A stretch of 48,779 nucleotides of DNA from an uncultured Halobacteriales archaeon (lineage in GTDB: Archaea; Halobacteriota; Halobacteria; Halobacteriales; CAZPIG01), in assembly GCA_964586205.1 (NCBI GenBank), contig CAZPIG010000002.1, positions 10,658 to 59,436 on the forward strand, read 5' to 3'. The notes under the pieces were generated by a model. The model searched no databases. It was not told where the DNA came from and worked only from the letters and a program-made list of their open reading frames with translations. Shown piece after piece: positions 44,729 to 48,779 of this stretch (position 1 is its first letter; each line of letters begins with the position of its first letter). The translations under genes and the position numbers were made by a program.

Positions 44729-45565
44729 ATGGGCCTGGTCGAGAATCTCGTGCTGGTGTTCGTCGCGGGGTTGCTCACGGCGTTCGCGACCGGTCTCGGC
44801 GCGCTGCCCTTCTTCGTGCTCTCGGACGTCAGCGACCGCTGGAACGTCGTGCTCTGGGGGGTCGCGTCCGGCATCATGGTGTCGGCGTCGGTGTTCGGGC
44901 TGGTCGGCGAGGGGCTGGCCGAGGCGGAGGGCACCCCCGTCCCCGCGCTGGGGACGACCCTCCCGCTCGGCATGGTCGCCGGGCTGGCGCTCGGGGTGGT
45001 GCTGGTGGTCGCGAGCCACCGCGTGCTGACCGACGCCGAGATAGACCCCCGGCAGTACGAGGCCGCGGACTTCAGGAAGCTGGTGCTCGTCCTCGGCGTC
45101 CTGACGGTCCACAGCTTCCCCGAGGGCGTCGCCATCGGCGTCTCGTTCGCGGACCTCGGGCTGGCCTCGGCCGACGCGCTGCTGCTGGCCGGCGTCTCCA
45201 TCCCGCTGCTGGCGGTGTTCATGACCGTCGCCATCTCCATCCACAACGTCCCCGAGGGCGTGGCCATCTCCATCCCGCTGCAGGCGATGGGCGTGAGCAA
45301 GTGGCGGATGGTGTGGTGGGCGGTGTTCTCCAGCCTGCCCCAGCCCGTCGGCGCGGTGCTGGCGTTCGCGTTCGTCCGCATCGCCCGGGACTTCCTGCCC
45401 GTCGGCTTCGGCTTCGCCGCGGGCGCGATGATATACCTCGTCGCCACCGAGTTCATCCCCGAGGCCGTCGAGATAGGCGAGGGGCTGCCGAACGGGGGTC
45501 GCCCGGAGCTAGTCGGCGGCGTGCTCCTCGGCGTGCTGGTGATGGTGCCGCTGGCGTTCATCTAG
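44729..45565 (+). CDS. ZIP-family divalent metal transporter (ZupT-like)
   Basis: HSFPEGVAIGVSF and SIHNVPEGVAISIPL. About 8 TM segments. Start MGLVENL at 44729 (alternative 44690). Confidence 0.88.
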   Translation: MGLVENLVLVFVAGLLTAFATGLGALPFFVLSDVSDRWNVVLWGVASGIMVSASVFGLVGEGLAEAEGTPVPALGTTLPLGMVAGLALGVVLVVASHRVLTDAEIDPRQYEAADFRKLVLVLGVLTVHSFPEGVAIGVSFADLGLASADALLLAGVSIPLLAVFMTVAISIHNVPEGVAISIPLQAMGVSKWRMVWWAVFSSLPQPVGAVLAFAFVRIARDFLPVGFGFAAGAMIYLVATEFIPEAVEIGEGLPNGGRPELVGGVLLGVLVMVPLAFI

Positions 45566-45731
45566 GCCGTCGTGCCGTCCCGGTCCTGGCCACGGCCTGC
45601 CGACTGGGTCACTTGACCGAACACTGCCCCACTGCCACCACAAACTTTCAAGCCCGTCCGACCCGAATCAGATTGTACGGCCGAACCGGGCGACAGAACA
45701 AAGTGGCGTGGCAACCAATAACAAGCTCGGT

Positions 45732-46016
45732 ATGGAAACCTGGGCGTGGCTCCTCGGCTACGTCGCCGTGTTCGTCCTCTTCCAGCTCGTCATCTACCGG
45801 TACCTCCGGAACGGCGACGGGTCGCCGGTGTCGGGGACGACGCCGCCGGGCCACCCGCGCCGCGGGGCCGCCGACGACGTGGAGGGGCCGTTCGACCACG
45901 CGAGCGTCGAGGAGCCCGAGGAGGGCGTCGTGCGGTGTCCCCACTGCGGCGGCACCAACGAATCCGAGTCGACGTTCACCTACTGCCGCAACTGCCTCCG
46001 GCCGCTGGGGACCTGA
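45732..46016 (+). CDS. Small TM plus zinc-ribbon protein
   Basis: METWAWLLGYVAVFVLFQLVIYRYL (TM), then CPHCGG...YCRNC (CxxC...CxxC). Alternative start at 45708. Confidence 0.6.
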   Translation: METWAWLLGYVAVFVLFQLVIYRYLRNGDGSPVSGTTPPGHPRRGAADDVEGPFDHASVEEPEEGVVRCPHCGGTNESESTFTYCRNCLRPLGT

Positions 46017-46043
46017 CGAGCGGGTCGGGCGACAGTGGTTTTC

Positions 46044-46090
46044 CCGCAGATACTATCGTCGCGACGGCTTCCGCAGATACTATCGTCGCG
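46044..46090. repeat. Two identical 20-bp direct repeats (ccgcagatactatcgtcgcg) with 27-bp period
   Basis: 46044-46063 and 46071-46090. Each contains the TATA-like gatactat. They end 22 nt before the ATG at 46113. Confidence 0.9.
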
Positions 46091-46112
46091 GCGGTCGCCA
46101 CTCGAACCACGG

Positions 46113-46838
46113 ATGCCACGCGCGCTCGCCATCAACGTCGCCGCGAACACCACGCTCCCGGGCGTTCGCGGCCCCATCTACCCCGACGGGAGCTTCGCGT
46201 ACGTCCCCATCCCCGAGCGCGAGCCGACCGCCGAGCCGGTCCCCACCTACGCGGACCTCGACGTCCCGGTGGCCCTGCCCGACGGGCTGCTCGACCGGCG
46301 GGTCCACCTCGACCCGGAGTTCCGGGAGTACCCCCACTGCGAGGGCTACACCTACGGCGACGAGCACGGCGTGAAGGCCCGCCCCATCGCGGAGCTGTCG
46401 GCGGGCGACCACCTGCTGTTCTACGCGACGCTCGCTTGCAACGATAGCCCGAACCACGACTGGATAGCGCCCGACTGGGGCGCGTACCTCGTCGGGAGCT
46501 TCCGGCTCGCCGCGGACCCGGTGACCCCGGACTCGCTCGACGACTTCGCCGCTGACCAGCGTCGCCACTTCGGGAACAACGCCCACGTCAAGCGCGAGAC
46601 GTTCGACGCGCGCGTGCTCGCCCGCGGCGACCCCGACGGCTCGGGGCTGTTCGAGACGGCGCTGCCGCTGTCGCGGCCGAATTCGGGCTCCGAGCCGAAC
46701 CGCGTGGTCACCGACCTCTCCGAGGACTCCGGGCGCGGGCCGTGGTGGCGGCGGCCGCTGCGGTTCGACGCCGAGGCGACGGCGGAGCTGCTGGGCATCG
46801 TGGACGAGCAAGCGCCGGAGCGGTGTCTGGGGGACTAG
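46113..46838 (+). CDS. Conserved hypothetical; N-terminus reminiscent of Nmad3-type putative nucleotide-modification proteins (unverified)
   Basis: Start MPRALAINVAANTTLPGVRGPIYPDGSFAYVPIPE at 46113 inside ORF 46035..46838. 241 aa. The family recall is from memory only. Confidence 0.65.
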   Translation: MPRALAINVAANTTLPGVRGPIYPDGSFAYVPIPEREPTAEPVPTYADLDVPVALPDGLLDRRVHLDPEFREYPHCEGYTYGDEHGVKARPIAELSAGDHLLFYATLACNDSPNHDWIAPDWGAYLVGSFRLAADPVTPDSLDDFAADQRRHFGNNAHVKRETFDARVLARGDPDGSGLFETALPLSRPNSGSEPNRVVTDLSEDSGRGPWWRRPLRFDAEATAELLGIVDEQAPERCLGD

Positions 46839-47365
46839 TCGTCGCTCGACGGGTCCATCTCGGAGGAGTCCGGCACGAACGCCACCTCGACCACCTCTGC
46901 CGGACCGTCCCCGGCCCGCACGTACCGCACGGGGTCGCGCTCGACGCGGAAGACGGCGAGGACGACCACCAGCCGCCCGTCGGCCACCGTGCCGCGCAGC
47001 ACGGGCCCGCGGCCGGTGACGACGACGTACGGCGGTGCCGCCACGGGCTCGGCGGGCAGGTCGTAGCCGGCGGCAGTCACGGCGTCCGCGAGGACGGCCG
47101 GCGCGCGGTCGAGCAGCCCGCGGGCCCGTAGCTCGGCCCGGAGCGGCTCGACCACGGCGGCGCGGTCGGTGGTCGCTGGTGCGTCCGAGTCCGTCGCTCC
47201 GGTCCCAGCTGCACCCCCGTTCCACCCGTCGGCCACCGTATCGGCCGCCTCTACGACGCCGGCGACCACGTCCGCGTGGGCGTCGAGGATTCGGCTCCGC
47301 GCAGCGTCTGCGCTCTTCCGGTTTGCGCTGTCCTGCCGCGGGTCGGCGTCGTCGGCCACGGTCAC
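46835..47365 (-). CDS. Acidic hypothetical protein (176 aa) translationally coupled to the DNA methyltransferase
   Basis: The GTG start overlaps the MTase stop (GTGA at 47365-47362). VTVADDADPRQ...RAELRARGLLDRAPAVLADAVTAAGYDLPAEP...VVEVAFVPDSSEMDPSSDD. Plausible halophile composition, whereas the competing frames are R/P/G-rich. Confidence 0.5.
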   Translation of the reverse strand: MTVADDADPRQDSANRKSADAARSRILDAHADVVAGVVEAADTVADGWNGGAAGTGATDSDAPATTDRAAVVEPLRAELRARGLLDRAPAVLADAVTAAGYDLPAEPVAAPPYVVVTGRGPVLRGTVADGRLVVVLAVFRVERDPVRYVRAGDGPAEVVEVAFVPDSSEMDPSSDD

Positions 47366-48456
47366 TCCTCGTCGGGGACGGCCGGACTCTCCGCCGCCCC
47401 GCCGCCTCGCGCCCTGCCCGGCTCGAACGGCCGGTGGACGAGCGTGTAGCCGTCCGCGCGCTCGCGCACCTCCTCGACGACGTACAGCCGCAGGTCGCGC
47501 TCCTGGCTGGTCACCACCGGGACGTCGTAGTGGGTCGCCTCGTACTCGGGCGGGTCGCCGGCCGCGGTCCGCTCGCGGACGAACTCCCGGTGGCGCTGGA
47601 GGCGCTTGCGGGCCGTCTCGCGCGCCAGCTCGCACACACCGGCCACCCGCTCGTCGAACACGCCCGTGAACTCGGCCCGTAGCTCGTAGCCCACGGAGCT
47701 ACGGCCCGCGACCATCGCCGCCAGCGACGTCGTTCCCGTGCCCCAGAAGGGGTCCAGCACCGTGTCGCCGTAGACGGAGTACATGTTGACCAGCCGGTAC
47801 GGTATCTCCATCGGGAACGCGCCCGAGCGCTCCCGGAGGTCGCCGTGGTCGAGCGCCTGGAAGGTGCCCTGGACGTCGGTCCAGACGTCGGAGAACCACT
47901 CGTTGCGCTCCTCCCAGAAGTAGGCGCTCTCGTAGCGGCGCTCCGCGCCGGCCTCGAAGTCCCGCTTCGGGCCGTTGCGGAACACGAGTACGTGCTCGTG
48001 TTCGAGGGTGACGTGGGCGTTCGTCGGCAGCATGCCGGAGCCGAGGAACTTCGAGGCGCTGTTGGTCGGCTTGCGCCAGAGCACGCCCGGTAGCTGGCGG
48101 AAGTCCCGGTCGCGGAAGGCGTCGACGACCGCGGTGTGGTTCGGGAACAGGCGGAAGCGGTCGCCGACCGACCGGGTCGCGTCGCCGACGTTGACGCAGG
48201 CGACGCCGCCGGGCGCGAGCACGCGCGCCACCTCGTCCCACACCTCCCCGAGGGCGTCGTGCATCCGGCGGAACGCCGCCTCGCCGTCGCCGGCCGCGAG
48301 GCAGTCCTCGACCGCGGGGTCCATGTCGGCGAATACGTCGTCCCACATCTCTATCATGGGGTACGGCGGCGAGGTGACCACGAGTTCGACCGCGTCGTCG
48401 GCCACCGCCGTCATCGAGCGGGCGTCGCCGACGTGGACGTCGTGGTCGGTCTCCAT
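47362..48456 (-). CDS. Orphan beta-class N4-cytosine/N6-adenine DNA methyltransferase (PF01555-type; candidate haloarchaeal CTAG m4C MTase homolog)
   Basis: Start METDHDVHVGD at 48456 inside ORF 47362..48765. Motif IV VVTSPPYP lies near the N-terminus and motif I LDPFWGTGTT near the C-terminus. No nuclease candidate is adjacent. Confidence 0.85.
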   Translation of the reverse strand: METDHDVHVGDARSMTAVADDAVELVVTSPPYPMIEMWDDVFADMDPAVEDCLAAGDGEAAFRRMHDALGEVWDEVARVLAPGGVACVNVGDATRSVGDRFRLFPNHTAVVDAFRDRDFRQLPGVLWRKPTNSASKFLGSGMLPTNAHVTLEHEHVLVFRNGPKRDFEAGAERRYESAYFWEERNEWFSDVWTDVQGTFQALDHGDLRERSGAFPMEIPYRLVNMYSVYGDTVLDPFWGTGTTSLAAMVAGRSSVGYELRAEFTGVFDERVAGVCELARETARKRLQRHREFVRERTAAGDPPEYEATHYDVPVVTSQERDLRLYVVEEVRERADGYTLVHRPFEPGRARGGGAAESPAVPDEE

Positions 48457-48480
48457 CGACCCGACTTCCAGCGTGTGGCC

Positions 48481-48490
48481 ATTATATTCT
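48481..48490 (-). promoter_or_regulatory. TATA-like box of the DNA MTase gene
   Basis: The minus strand reads agaatataat, followed by 24 nt and then the ATG at 48456. Confidence 0.45.
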
Positions 48491-48498
48491 TCGACCAC

Positions 48499-48557
48499 GA
48501 CCTTTTTGCTGCGCGCGAGGGGGCGCGATGCGCCCCCATCGCGCGCCGAAAAAGGTC
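48499..48557. repeat. 59-bp near-perfect palindrome centred at about 48528
   Basis: gaccttttt-gct-gcgcgcga-gggggcgc gat gcgccccc-a-tcgcgcgc-cg-aaaaaggtc. 25 of 28 positions pair. Confidence 0.9.
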
Positions 48558-48694
48558 GATCAAAAATTGGCGTAGACACGCCTGCCGGTACGGAACGTCT
48601 GTCTCCCGGCGCGGTTCGGGATGATTTCTCGCGGGCGGGGAGAGATGTGTTTCTCCCGGCCGAACAACGCCAATTTTTGATCGACCTTTTTCGG
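48546..48694. repeat. 27-bp perfect inverted repeat pair flanking 95 bp (MITE-like or regulatory)
   Basis: ccgaaaaaggtcgatcaaaaattggcg at 48546-48572 and cgccaatttttgatcgacctttttcgg at 48668-48694. The left arm overlaps the right arm of the 59-bp palindrome by 12 nt. Confidence 0.9.
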
Positions 48695-48779
48695 GAGCGT
48701 GAGCGCGCGCCGACAGCCGCCCCCCCACCACCAACAAACAAAATATAGTGGGGTAAAGTTGGCACAAAAAACGTTTTTC

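Noticed and set aside
46835-46838. Functional significance of the two convergent genes sharing a CTAG for both stop codons next to a putative CTAG methylase
   Set aside because: It is an attractive coincidence, but a 4-nt palindromic TAG overlap is expected occasionally by chance, and there is no further evidence. It is mentioned only within the MTase finding.

Overview
High-GC haloarchaeal-type chromosomal segment (class Halobacteria-like). Supporting signs are very acidic proteins, Tat and Tat-lipobox signals, a PGF-CTERM anchor, and TATA-like boxes about 25-30 nt upstream of several ATGs, which suggests leaderless transcripts. I support about 42 CDS. Core or housekeeping genes: XPD/Rad3 helicase, dGTPase-like HD hydrolase, MBL-fold hydrolase, two divergent rhodanese sulfurtransferases, SpoIIM-domain membrane protein, SAM methyltransferase, a 1097-aa FAD/Fe-S oxidoreductase, RCK-gated K+ channel, DUF2267, SufU, amidohydrolase, beta-lactamase-family hydrolase, HMG-CoA reductase, SufS and a ZIP transporter. 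There are also several secreted beta-propeller proteins (PQQ-like, FG-GAP-like, LVIVD/PGF-CTERM). I found no rRNA, tRNA or CRISPR array. Four visibly lower-GC accessory patches interrupt the backbone: about 2.2-3.7 kb, 11.76-13.7 kb, 29.0-30.9 kb and 36.26-39.2 kb. The candidates most worth follow-up are these. (1) A roughly 0.8-kb non-coding stretch (29.1-29.9 kb) packed with hairpins and an 18-bp long-range inverted repeat with a competing local hairpin. It lies directly upstream of an orphan protein with a ParB/Srx-like C-terminal region. (2) A 2.9-kb low-GC island carrying a Cys-rich metzincin-like gene, a Tat-secreted partner and an IS6 remnant. It is bracketed by a mosaic direct duplication of the hmgA promoter and 5' end, which looks like a Campbell-type integration footprint. 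(3) An orphan N4/N6 DNA methyltransferase neighbourhood with a translationally coupled acidic protein, a convergent possible nucleotide-modification protein, and nested perfect palindromes upstream. (4) Two unrelated 5 x ~20-bp intergenic iteron-like arrays upstream of ion transporter genes. (5) Two signal-less, Cys-rich metzincin-like genes, each next to a Tat-signal gene. All functional calls rest on motifs read by eye; no database search was possible.
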